A stretch of 63,240 bases of DNA, counting the filler, from Choristocarpus tenellus KU-1152 (taxonomy: Eukaryota > Protista > Phaeophyceae): NCBI GenBank assembly GCA_964200185.2. It is 10 parts of 10 records of this genome, joined end to end, with 100 filler letters (N's around TTAATTAATTAA, not from the genome) between each part and the next. Parts side by side here need not be neighbours in the genome. Positions count along the whole stretch, not along the records: positions 22,506 to 28,673 come from CAXNAD020008778.1; positions 28,774 to 32,629 come from CAXNAD020017546.1; positions 32,730 to 35,452 come from CAXNAD020025295.1; positions 35,553 to 44,347 come from CAXNAD020004324.1; 6 more parts are not named here. The stretch is one strand, 5' to 3'. The notes beneath the pieces were generated by a model. The model was not told where the DNA came from, searched no databases, and saw nothing but the letters and a program-made list of their open reading frames with translations. How positions within the stretch are numbered: the first letter of the stretch is position 1; every line of letters begins with the position of its first letter. The translations under genes were made by a program, and so were the position numbers. Positions 25,898 through 38,333 of the stretch are shown piece after piece.

Positions 25898-28443
25898 CTA
25901 GACGTAGTCCGACTGATAGCCCTTGAGGTTATTATGTAGGACCACGCTTGCCATCAGGCCACACAGCACAAATGCCACACTGAGAATTGAAGTCATGGCT
26001 CCAAGCTTAATATAGACGATGCCAGTGTCAGCCAGCTCCTTTCTGTACGCACACGCACACACATATGGGGGCGTGCAACACAATAAAAAGGAATTCTTGA
26101 TTCAGCTGTGCTTCTTGTTTGACAAGTCGACAGCTGGGGCACGGGAAGCAGACCATAATGTGTTGCAGGCAAATCTGCAGTGCCACACAGCATTGACTGC
26201 CAGACTCAACTACAAGCACTGCAAGATTAACATATATTGCATCCAGGCAAGCAGAACAACTCTTACATCATCACACAGCAGCAACCCATCTATTCATCAG
26301 GTAATTCAAACCAGGGGCATACAGTAGAAATTAAAGGTAAAAATAATAAATCATGGTTGATCCCAAGTTTGGGGTTCCAGTGCAGTAAGCATTTCCACTC
26401 TATTCTCTACCCTATTGATTAAACGTAACAAAAATACATATATCGCATGTGTAAACAACCATGTCCTCTATAAAACTTGCGAAACAACCACACAGAACAC
26501 AAAAGAGCCAAAGCAATTGACTATTAGGCAGGTTTAGACCCTTTTGCATCCCAAGCCATCTTTCTTATCCTGTGCAGTACACTCCATTTCAATGTTCAAT
26601 GCACACATTTGTGTATGCAAAATTGATATTCACCATTCCACACACAAAGCGACACCACAATTTAGCAAAGGCCATTTCTACAATTATATGGAACCAAATC
26701 TTTTAGCCCTTTCTCGGGATCCTTAAAATGCAACCCTACTAACCTCTCAGTTAGTTTGACTAAAAGCAACATATAGATATGTAATGAAAGTCTTGGCCAC
26801 ATGCTCCCTGAGTCACACTTACGGATCTGACCATTCTGGACAGCTTGGGACAAGGTACAGGTCCAAGTCGATGTCTGGAGACTCCTCACAGCAGCAGCAG
26901 TCATAAGCATTGACCTATTCTTGTTAGAAATTAGACAAAAAAATGCAGGAACAGCGGTTCAGTCGTGATAAGGGAAAGGAAGTGAGGGAAAATTAGTAAG
27001 AGCAACAATTGGCAAATGGCAAATTAACACTTGACAAATGGTTGACTTTGAAAAAGAAGCAAGCATGGAGTACTACATGATGCGCTCCTTCGTTTGCTAC
27101 TAACACATACCTCACAAACACGTTTTATTGTTAACTCTGGAAATTACCTATCTCCTCAACAGCAAATAGCAGCTACACACGTAGCATTTGAACATGCTAT
27201 GTTCAAATATACAGTCATCACAGAGCTGCTGCTACTACTGCCTGTGTATGGCGACAAAATTGGGGGGCATTCATCATGACCTTGCAGGCAATGTTGATCC
27301 TCCTGTCCTCCTCCAATCCATTACTGAGTCTGGCCCAAGCCATGAAAGCGAATGAAACAAACACCAGATAGAGGAGCAGGACCATGGACAGCCCAAACAT
27401 GTACATCTGAGGCAACAAACATCCCAGATGTAGATAGTCCACAAGTACACATATTGGTGTTAAAAATATAGTGGAATGGATTCACAACCGTTTCTTGACG
27501 ATTTTACCAGTGTAACAGTCGTGGGATGCAAACTGGAGACTAGATCGGAATCAATTACCACTTCAAACATTGTGATATTTACAAAATAGTTGAAAGGATG
27601 CAAACCCCTTTCGTGACCCACCAAGGGGAAATTAAAGGTATGTACTTCACCAAAACGAATGGACAGTTCCACGGTAGTGTTACGCCGTAGGTTTCCAATC
27701 ATGATGGCGTTTTTGTGTGTCAAAATTTGGGGTTGAAGTAGACTCGAACACTACCATAAAGTATCGCATGACAAGCATGCATTCACCACTATTCATGTAT
27801 TCACATCTATTGCATGCGTCTTAAGTACTAATAGTGTGGATGAGTAGGCATGGCAGGCATGGGTATGTATATTGCGACAGAACACATGCCATTCAGCATT
27901 ACAGTTTGAGAACAATAATACATGCCACATACATATGAAAAAAGGACATGCAAAGAATGTGTGTGAGAGTTTGCGTACACGTGGCACAGCCTCCAAAAAT
28001 GGATCTTGAATAACAAAAAAGAAAATCCAGGGACATCGCCAAAGACTCTGTGTTAAGAAGGGCATCATGCCACGACTCACAACCAGGACTTTTCATACCG
28101 AAGTAGGCTGTGAGAAACAAATTGTGAAGACACATCTTCGAACTACTTTGAGGCCCATCAACATAGTGTGCTAAACGACCATCAGTGATGAGGAGAGCAG
28201 GGGACATACAGCACGGCAGAGTAGGTATTCTATGCGGCTAGCACTTTCAGTGAACAGAGCATACTCATTGCTGAGCAGATGCAACAACAATGCGTCTAAT
28301 AATTTCCTATGCTGCAGTGCCTGAAGTAGCCGGCGATGTCGAAGATGCCCTGCGATGACCCCAACGACAGATACCACAAACAGAATCGCCCCTAGGACAT
28401 AGTGCAACTCCACCAGCTTGTCGAATTTGTACATAGGACTGTA
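25898..28443 (-). CDS. Tetraspanin-like membrane protein (TM2-TM4; first exon missing)
   Basis: Exons 28443-28321, 27406-27281, 26914-26823 and 26042-25898 read LGAILFVVSVVGVIAGHLRHRRLLQ|MYMFGLSMVLLLYLVF (typical TM2-loop-TM3 pattern), then a Cys-rich loop YDCCCC..PSCPEW, a final TM and a short tail. Confidence 0.65.
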
Positions 28444-28513
28444 CTGCGACTGAGGTGGGTGTGCATTGGCATCACGGGGGCGGGGTGGGGCCAGGGTTAG
28501 TGCTACAATGGTT

Positions 28514-28550
28514 GAGATGAGAGATGAGAGATGAGAGATGAGAGATGAGA
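28514..28550. repeat. (GAGATGA)n 7-mer repeat
   Basis: Five units. Confidence 0.9.
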
Positions 28551-28773
28551 GGACCGACCCTGAGAAATTTCCCCAACATTTATGCCGCACAAAGTCGTTC
28601 ATTTCAGGTTAGGAACATATGTGCATAAATACGGACATAGACCAAGAGGGTCAAAGTATCTGGGGGGGGGAGGNNNNNNNNNNNNNNNNNNNNNNNNNNN
28701 NNNNNNNNNNNNNNNNNTTAATTAATTAANNNNNNNNNNNNNNNNNNNNNNNNNNNNNNNNNNNNNNNNNNNN

Positions 28774-31568
28774 CGTTAGAACCGGATCCTCCTCCCATCC
28801 CACCATGCATTACCACAGGAGAAAAACTTTCCTGCTGATGAGATGAGCGCCCAACGAGAGTGGGCGAACCTCCTCCACCATTGGGGGATCTTCTCTGCCC
28901 ACCCCCACCCCCAACATTCCCGCCGCTTATGCCACACCCTGGTCCTAGCCCTATTACCTGTCTCTGGGCTTGCACCTCTGAATGAGGCGGAGGCTGTGGG
29001 GAGGATTGGTCTAGGAAAGATCCATGACCGCCCGTGATCCCATCGCCATATGTCCCCCACCCTCCACCGAGTTCTGGGGGTCTGGGTACCATTAGGTCAA
29101 GGGTGTGGTGTGGAGACACGAGTTCCCCACCCCCAGCCCCCCCGCAACTGCTCCGGGGCGTGTGCGTTCGCATAGGTTCTTGCATCCTGTGTGGATGTTA
29201 CACGCATTTTTTAAACTATAGGTGATACTAGAAAGTGTCCAAACATTTGGAGAGCAATATACTTGTGCGGTTCTAAGAGGGGATTTAAGGTAGACTCTGA
29301 GAGTGTTCAATCAACAGGAAACGTTGGAGGTTTTGGTGTTTCATGAAGAATGCTAGGGACATGTTGAAAGAGAGGTAGATGACTTTACCTGTCCTCGACG
29401 CCAGGACCATGTATTATCCAGCATTCAACCTGGTATCCATAATCACATTTGCTTATTATTAGGGTGTTTGTCGTCGTCTCCTACCTCGCCTTTGACAATT
29501 CCGCACATTTCTTCATTTGGGACCCCTTCACGTGGATCCTTTCCTTCTTACCCTTCATAATATTATACTCCTCTAGAATCCTGTGTCACGCCTCTGGTAC
29601 TATCGGTTTGAGCTTTTATGAGAGGTAGAGAATTATTTGACAGATTAAAATATCTCACCAAGCATCCGAAGGCGGTGCGCCATTTTTCTCCTCTTGGTTG
29701 TCGGGGTATGCAGCGGACATTCTGTACAACCTGAAATTGGCGCATACAGACCCACCACACTGCAGAGGTCAGACCCTAGTGGCAGTTCCCAGGTAGGCAG
29801 GTGCCTCCCCCTCTAGAGAGCTATTGGGGTCTCGTTGATGATTTTCTACCTCGATGCGTGAGTTGCACGTTGCAAGGTATCAAACTGTACGGTTTCATAG
29901 TTCTTTGTATCTACTATTCAACATGAAGGATTTAATGACGAATGACAGTAGGACACTCGACGATAATGCTCTAGACGCACCGTCACGCGACACATCCGTT
30001 ACAAAGACAGACACCAATATATATATATATTGGTTGTTGGTTTATTAAAAAAAAGAAAAAAGAGATGTATTCGTCTCCATATTAATAGACTGTAAAATAG
30101 ATGATGAGGGTTCTACATTACCCCAAATAGTATAATACAACATTAAGACTTCCCTCTACATTTGTGTGTGTATGTGTGTGTGTTTATGTGTGAGTCTCCA
30201 GTCCTATGACTAACTCTCTCCTAATAAGAACAACGATCAATTCAGGCATGGGAGGGGTGAAAGAGAAATCTACTTCTTCTGTATATCAGTCTGTGACGAT
30301 GGGTCTTGTAAAAAAAGTACCAAATAAATGAAGATGTTCAGATGGTGAAGGGCGTGGCCATGGAAAAGCATGTTCCTCTTCACCTCAGCCCTCAATCCCA
30401 ACATACAGCAGTGACCGTCACTATTTCAAATATCAAATAGCATCACATCCATTCAAACACACCCCAACCTAAGAGGGTACACTCCTCTCTTTGGGGGCTT
30501 TCATGAAGGCCGAGGTGACTCTTGAAACCCTAACTAAATAAACCTACCTACAAACAAGTACTCCTGGAGCACTAAATTGATGCACCCCAAGGACAAGCGA
30601 TGAGGACATGACTGACTGCGTTGCCTACCTCAAAAAAGGTGTCTCCAAGACAGCAGCAATGCACTCAAGGCTCAAGAATAATCTGAAGCGGATATGATGC
30701 ACACATCTTGCAGCGCATTTTCCCACCTCGAACTCACCAGATTTGAGGCATAAGGTAAACCACAGTGTAGTAGAACTGTAGTTTCTTACAGAAATATTTC
30801 CAAAAAGAGAAAAAATACACACACAAACATACAGATCCAACTAGAGTAAGGAGTAGAAGTGGTGGTTAAATCCTGTCAATCCTCCTCCTATTGTGGAAGC
30901 TCAGTACAGTCCCAGAAAGGTAATATTGCCTTGTCAAGGTCTGGACGGTCAACCCCTTATCTTGCACTCCTTCAGCCCAACATATCCCCACCTTTCCCTC
31001 ACTGGTGTTGTCTCCACGACAACCTGCCACTCTGCTGTCAACTCCAGTCCTCAACATAACCATCTCTTCGTTGGGACCCAAGCTATCTCAGGTATACTCC
31101 AATACTGTCTGAGGGTAACTGGTAGAAGCGATGTTGCCATCAACATGTGACTGCTGCATCACCCTCAGCTAGTGCAAAAGTGCCTGCACACATTATACCA
31201 ACATCAGGTTAGGGAGAAAAAAATTAGTATGGAGATGACTGGAATCGACACGATTTCATTCACAATTAAAGCAGGTAAAAAGATAAATTAAAGAAAGGTG
31301 GGTGCTACAATTGTAATGTTTACAGCGTTCATGATGTTCAAGGGGCAACGAAGTTCAGACCATCTTTAAGACAACCTGAAACCGAGAATTTCCTTCTCCC
31401 TTGGCAAGAGCACATCAAGAGCACATCAAGAGCACATCACTGCTCTGGAAAGCAATCAAACATTGCTTTGCCGGAGACAGGATTTTCTCTGATCAAACAC
31501 CCATGTTATCAATACGGACATTTTTTTTTTTACAAAAGCAACTTCAAAGGATTTTAGATTTAGAAAGA

Positions 31569-31599
<31 letters not shown>

Positions 31600-32520
31600 A
31601 ACCCCTCCCGACCCGCGACCGAACCACAACAGAACAGACCACCACNNNNNNNNNNCACAACCAACCGGTGAAATATGGGTTTTTTTTTTTTTTTAAAAAA
31701 AAACTTCTACACTTTTTTGTTTTTAGAAAGGGACCCCCCCCCCCCCCCCCCCGCCCCCCTTTCCCAAAAACTGAGGATGGCAAGGGCCGAGTCAGAACCC
31801 AAACACACCTGTCGTCTACCGGCCTCCCACCTCAAGCAAGCCATCATCATTCCCTTCCCTCAACCGGCGGAACATGGGCAAAGCTGAAGAAGGCATCGAA
31901 TCAACCGCTCCCCTATCCCCGCCACCCTCCCCTCCCTTCCCAACAATTGCCACCACGCCCGACACTGCTCCAGGGCCAGCCCCAGAGAGGTCGGTGAGTC
32001 TACCCTCTGTAGAACCTCCTCCATGGAACTGCGCAAAGAACGGCAGCGATGCAGGCTCTGTCCCACCTGCAAGTCCCGCCCCAGTCCCAGTCGTTGCCAC
32101 CCCAACACCTGCAGTCCCTTGCTCGTTCAAGTCAGGGCCTCCACCGCGCTGGGACTGTGCCTCTCCGATGTGAACTCCAGTTCCACGAGGGCTCCCACCC
32201 CCCCTACCGCTGTTCATTGACAATGCAGCCATGTCAGAAATCAACGAAGTCGGCGGTGACTGCGGCGGTGGAGTATGCCTAACGAGGCCCTGATGCTGCC
32301 GAGGGTCAAGGCCACTGTGGTGCACCACAGAGGAATCAGGCGCAACAGAAGTACTAGCGCCTGGGGGTGGTACAAGCGCAGCGCCAATGGTACCACCCTG
32401 TAAGGGGTGGTGGGGTCCAATCACTGCCTGATGAGCCGTACCCACAATCGCGCTCACGGTTCCGGGGGCTATTGCACCGCCGCTGGGGATGAAGACGGTG
32501 TCCGGCTTGAGACGCACGAC
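28774..32520 (-). CDS. Gly/Pro-rich exons of unknown gene(s)
   Basis: GC-rich open exons with AG acceptors at 32520 (to ~31831) and ~29186 (to the gap). Intermediate exons are ambiguous and may belong to more than one gene. Confidence 0.45.
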
Positions 32521-34667
32521 CTAGATAGAAGAACAATTTTGACACGAGCAAAAAAAAAGAGAGAGAGAGAGGGGGGGGGGGGGGGGGGGGGGGGGGGACA
32601 AATTTTTTCTTCTTTGGGCCCTTCTGGAGNNNNNNNNNNNNNNNNNNNNNNNNNNNNNNNNNNNNNNNNNNNNTTAATTAATTAANNNNNNNNNNNNNNN
32701 NNNNNNNNNNNNNNNNNNNNNNNNNNNNNAATATATAATGTTATTCCCATCGATATTTTGGACAGACTGTCATGGAGGGGGGGGGGTAATCAACCATATG
32801 CAACACACACATATATACATGGAGCATTCCAAGGTCTATTTTCTTTCATACTGCAGTATCCACGAACTTAAAACGCTGAGAGTATGTACTCATGTACTGC
32901 ATATTATTCAATTGATCCGATATATTGTTATCGCGAACCGCCCAGAGGCTGAGCATGGGAGGGGTAAACGTTTGCATCTATCTTACCAGAAACAATAGCC
33001 AAGGTCCTCAAGAAGGCACCATTGTTTTTTTCGTAACTACAGAGGGCAGCGAAGTTTCATCACCTTGAAAAAGATAGGCATCATATTACAACTGTCCTAA
33101 CCAAGCAATAATTTGCACACCAAGCGGAGCCCTACGAGGGGGCAAACTATTTTTATCAATGGGCTAAACAAGAGTTGACTGAATATTCTCGTTTGTTTCA
33201 GAGCAACATGACCGATTTTTCTGGTATGACATCATCGAAGGTGCATGAAAGATCTATTTGCTACTGGGCCCTGCAAAAGAGAAGAGTGAAACCCCATCGG
33301 CATGATATCTTCTGAATACTTCAATATCCACGTAACGCCCGAGCTCTAAAATGCAAATCAACCAGCTGACCTGAACCGTTCTCAACCATGGTATTCACGT
33401 GTGAGGAACTTTGTGAGATGACAAATACTACTAGTACATCCTCAGCAGGAGTCGATGAACAACCTAAATTAAGCTACAGAGGACGAGATGGAAGGTGACT
33501 ACCTATTTGGAGTACCTTACCACAGGACTGACAACATTACAGGGTTTGAATTTTCCTGCCTCGTAACGTAGAAGGTGGTGGTGTTAACGCACGATATAAA
33601 TATTGCTAGTGGAGTAAATTTGGAAAGGTAGAGAGTTAATAATGCATTTTCGTATTTTTCCGGTTTGCCTTACCCACGGATCAACTATTGTAGGGATCCT
33701 GGTATTTGATTATCCGTTCATGTATCTGGTTATTGTGCTTGTTTTCAGGTTATCCGTGTGGATAATGCAAATCTCACATAGTAGCCTGAGCACCTATCTC
33801 ACCCCGACTGCTTCACTGCAAATGGAAGTTAGACCACACCAGCCCCTTGTAACACTAACACTATATTTTCACACCAAGCTAGAAATTGTCCTTTGCCAAG
33901 GTATATCATAGATCACCTTGACCGTGGGTCCAGAGTGAGACATTTCAACACTTTCAAGTCTTGGCACTCTTACTTACTGCTCCACATTTCGTCGTTTTGA
34001 ATAAAATGCCTGGTCCATGATCCTTGTTTCCCCACACAATGAGCTGCTTTACCGTGTTGTGGTTGACCTTACGATTGACAAATGTCTGCCTTGGTGTTCT
34101 TGTCATCATATCTCGAGAGGAAATGCAGCGGATGGATGGGTTCAACAAGCCCCACCTGGATCAGAATTTGGTAGCCTTCACATTAAAATATCACTGCGAA
34201 CGCTATTTTGGAGAAGCAAAAAAGCAAAAAATGAAAGGAATGTCGCCCACTCACGAAAAAATCAATGCTGATACTAAATACAGCAGAAAATGTTAATTTT
34301 CACACAAGCATAGATATCAAAATGTCAAAAGTCAAGTGTCGATAAGTACGGTTTTGAGATTCTAAATACATTCCAAAGACTGTGCCGCACAATAACGACA
34401 AATTCACAAACGCTCGCACAGTTCTGCACCCTTTCCCATCAATCAAGTCCCTTATTTCACAAACCATACACGGCAGCTTGCGAGCACCATCCGACCTTTC
34501 CTTCTTCTTGCGAGGCTTCCACAAAAATGTTTGGGGGCCTTACAAACTGTACAGTCATGCTATCGAGCACACACGATCGTGACTTTTTACAGAGGTCATA
34601 GTTTGTTAAACGCCTCTTCTATGTTCTAAGAAAAGCGGCGACACGGTATTCATTGGCATATAGATAA

Positions 34668-35108
34668 CCAACATTCGTAACCCACTGTTGAAGATCAAAT
34701 GGCAATACTATCATTGCCTACAGTAGGAAGCATGGTGGCAATCCCTTCAATCTTAGAACGTTTGGACATTCGGGCCATTCCATCAAAGTTCTCTATATCT
34801 GTGAGTATCAACATCCGTAACCTACTGTTGAAACATAACCCACTGCTAAAACTCAAACGATAATACTATCATTGCCCCCGCAGTAGGAAATATGGCGGCA
34901 ATTCCCTCAATCTTAGAACCGTTTGGACATTTGGGACATTCCATCAAAAGTCTCGCTATCTGTGAGTAACGACATTCATAACCCACTGTTAAACTCAAAC
35001 GACAGTACTATCATTGCCCGCAGTAGAGAAATATGGCAGCAATCCTCTCAATATTGGAACCGTTTGGACATTTTGGTTATTCCATCAAAGGTCTCTCTAT
35101 CTGTGAGT
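34668..35108. repeat. Three diverged ~140-160-bp tandem units
   Basis: taacccactgtt..atactatcattgcc..cagtagga..cgtttggacatt..ttccatcaaag..tatctgtgagt occurs three times. Confidence 0.9.
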
Positions 35109-35552
35109 CTTTCTGTCGAGATGACCAATAGCATCCTAGCGTGGGGTTCAGTCGTCCACTCAGCACCTTTGTGAGCCTGCAGTGATTTTCATGTCATTTG
35201 AGTGAGCGTGTCAGATGTAAGGGCAATCTCCTTAATCTGAATGCACCTTCCTTTTCTATCCCCTTGCCTGGACCAAATCCGAAGGAAAATCAACCACAAA
35301 ACAGTCATCAAACTGGGATGTTTTACAACACCCAAATCAAGCCCCAAATGGACAATCTGGTCTAACCCCACCCCCCCCCCCCAAACCACCGGACAAACCA
35401 AAAACCAATTCTTCCCGCCCTTTCCCTGAACGCCCGACCACATATCCCCGCCNNNNNNNNNNNNNNNNNNNNNNNNNNNNNNNNNNNNNNNNNNNNTTAA
35501 TTAATTAANNNNNNNNNNNNNNNNNNNNNNNNNNNNNNNNNNNNNNNNNNNN

Positions 35553-35703
35553 CCGTGTCCCGGACACACCTTTTCATAACGTATCCATTTTACCTCCGCC
35601 GACACATTTTGGAGTAGGAAAATGTAATGAAAAAGAACATGGGAAGCCAAGCTCCAAATGGACAAACAGGGCAAAACTCATACCCTCTAAGACACTTTCA
35701 CTC
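35553..35703 (-). mobile_element. MITE-like family A partial copy
   Basis: Ends taccctctaagacactttcactc; the body matches the 36572 copy. Confidence 0.75.
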
Positions 35704-35889
35704 AGGTGATGGATGATATTTATCGTCTTGACCCGTGATGATTGCCTGTGGTAAGCGTGAGACATGTATTCCTAGTGTGAGCTAGTGTGAGCTGGAGGGC
35801 ACGTTACAGGCGAATGGCATGTCTGCCTTTTCGCATTCTAACTAGTGTGAGCAGTCTTGTTATGACCTAATTTATGTGTTTTTTAGACA

Positions 35890-37030
35890 TTTTTGTCTGT
35901 TTTTGAGACAATTTTCTTGTCTTGTATTGTTTGTGCTGATAGTTGCGAAGGGGGAGCGTCTTGCTGTGACACTCCTTATTTTGATGATATTGTAAGACAT
36001 TTGTCTTTATTTGTTGGTATGTTCATAGTCTCTAGGGAGGATAAGCCTTTCCATGTCAGCATCTTACCTATGCGACTATGAGGCATTGTGTTGGTGTCCT
36101 GTAGTTGTTTGTGCTAATAGTTCTGAAGGGGAAGCGTCTATGGCAGCACCCTATTTCAGTGCTATTCTGATTTTGCATCCATATTCATTTGTGTTGATAT
36201 TTGTGAGGGGGGAAAGTCTTGGTATGACACTCCCTATTTATATTTTATTTTGACACAGTCCTTTTTTGTTTATATGTTCTTAGGTTCGTAGGGAGGGCAA
36301 GGCTTTCTATGGCAGCACCTTATTTTGTTTGTGACTGTGAGACATTACCTTGGTGTCCTATAGTTTGTGTTTGTAGTTGTGAAGGGGGACAGTCTATGGC
36401 AGTACCCTATATTAGTGCTATTATAATTTTGTGTCTGTATTCATTTGTATTGATAGTTGTGAAGAGGGAGAAGCTTGCTGAGAAAGTCCCTATTTTTTAT
36501 TTTATTAAAAATATTTGCATTTTAAAATATGTTTGTGGTTCCTAGGGAGGGTAAGCCTTTCCATGCCAAAAGAGTCAAAGTATCTTAGAGGGTAGAGCCG
36601 CGTTCATTCGGGGACAAAATCCAATGTTGCGATTTTGATGTAATTGTGGCTATCGTGCTTGTTAGGATGTGTCAACAACCTTGTTCCGAACATACCTTTT
36701 CATAATGTATACATTTCACCTACTCCAAAACATTTCCGAGTAAGAAAATGTCATAAAAGAACCATGGGAAGCCAAGCCCCAAATAGACAAACAGGGCAAA
36801 ATTCGTACCCTCTAAGATACTTTCACTCAGCACCCAATCTCTTTTGTGACCGTGAGTCATGGTCTTGATGTCCTGTAGTTGCTGTGTTTTTGTTCTGAAG
36901 GGGGAGAGTCTATGGCAGTATCGAAGTGCAGTGCTACTATGTTTTTTTGTCTGTATTTGTGTTTCTAAGCTTAGAGGGGGTGGAGTATTTTTAGGCAGTA
37001 CCCTACTTTTGACGTGTGTGAGAGACTCTG
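35890..37030. repeat. Higher-order satellite (~85-bp monomers, ~255-bp period)
   Basis: tagggagg..aagcctttccatg recurs at 36033, 36289 and 36543. gaagggg..tctatggcag recurs at 36125, 36381 and 36897. Confidence 0.8.
36572..36828 (-). mobile_element. MITE-like family A full copy inserted in the satellite
   Basis: Near-perfect TIRs gagtcaaagtatcttagagggta / taccctctaagatactttcactc. Confidence 0.85.
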
Positions 37031-37856
37031 GTGTAGGAGGTTTCTTTTGAACGTTTAGTCAAGTGCAGAGTGAGTACCGTGAGGTACGAGTGTCGCACTA
37101 ACATATCTGTCATCAGGGCAAACGTTGGTAGGGGGTTCTTCCCTTCAGGTTTCCTCCTCTGCTGGATCCCCAACTCTGCCTACTGATATGTTAGGACCTG
37201 GAAGTGACATTCATTTCATTTCTGCCACGTTCCTGTTAGGATAAGGAGTGACATTATATTTCCTTGCCCAATCGCCTGTTCATCGCATTGAAGCAGTTAT
37301 GCTTCATGCTCGGGGGGCATGTTACAGGCGATATGTCTTGATGGCTGTTTCATAAACACCACTATGACCTTGAATTTGTACTTTTTGACTATTTACTTAT
37401 TTTTTAGTTAATATCTTGCCTCCAATTGGTACATCGTTGCCAGTTCCTTTTATATGACGATATTGATGATACTTATGAAGGGAATAGTCCAAGCGAGAGA
37501 TCCAGCATACTTGACGGGTTGTGCACCAGGAGTCCTTTACGTGCATCATCATCATCTATTGGCTTGTGGACTGGAGCTATACATCCTGTGGAGGTAAGCT
37601 TCTGGAGCTTGCTGTAACATGGAGGTCCTACCAAGACTTCCACGTGTAACAGATTATCATGATATTTGTAGTGGGCAAAATGGTGTGACTCTATGGATTT
37701 GCTTGATATGGTACAAGTAATTCCAACTATGTGTACGATCAAGATCTTTTTCCTCAGTCATACCCTATCACCAACGAAAACCTAAACCATATCAACAATA
37801 TGATCGAAGTGCCATGTGTTGCATCTATCCCTCTTCACAAGTAAATCTTGTCTTGA

Positions 37857-38071
37857 GAGTGAAAGTATCTTAAAGGGTAGAAATTTTGCCCTGTTTGTCC
37901 ATTTGAGGCTTGGATTTCAACGTTTCTTCTTACATTTTATGAAAAGGTGTGTCTGGAACAAGGATATTGACATTTCCTAACAAACATGATAGCCAAAATT
38001 ACATCAAACTTTCAACATTGGATTTTGACCACCAAACGGACGCGGCTCTACCCTCTAAGATACTTTGACTC
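37857..38071 (+). mobile_element. MITE-like family A copy (internally deleted)
   Basis: Both TIRs present; flanked by TGA on each side. Confidence 0.8.
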
Positions 38072-38333
38072 TGATACAGGATCCATATGGGAGCACATGA
38101 ATTGCACGTTTATCAATACTACTATCTTGAATGTAATGGTATGAAACCCAAACCTAGGCGGCAAAGGCCTCATTGCAAAGCGATGCCAAGGCTGACCCAA
38201 CAGAGTATTTGAGGGAGGATCCATTGTTATGAGGATGGTATATCTGAACGAAATTTGTTTGGAACAAGGCATTTATGAATATGTATGTATTTATTAATGT
38301 GTAATAGGTGGAGATCACATGGGCAACTACTGA

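Noticed and set aside
34668-35108. Repeat-protein (ankyrin/LRR) coding array
   Set aside because: Unit lengths are not frame-preserving, stops are frequent, and no motif is present.
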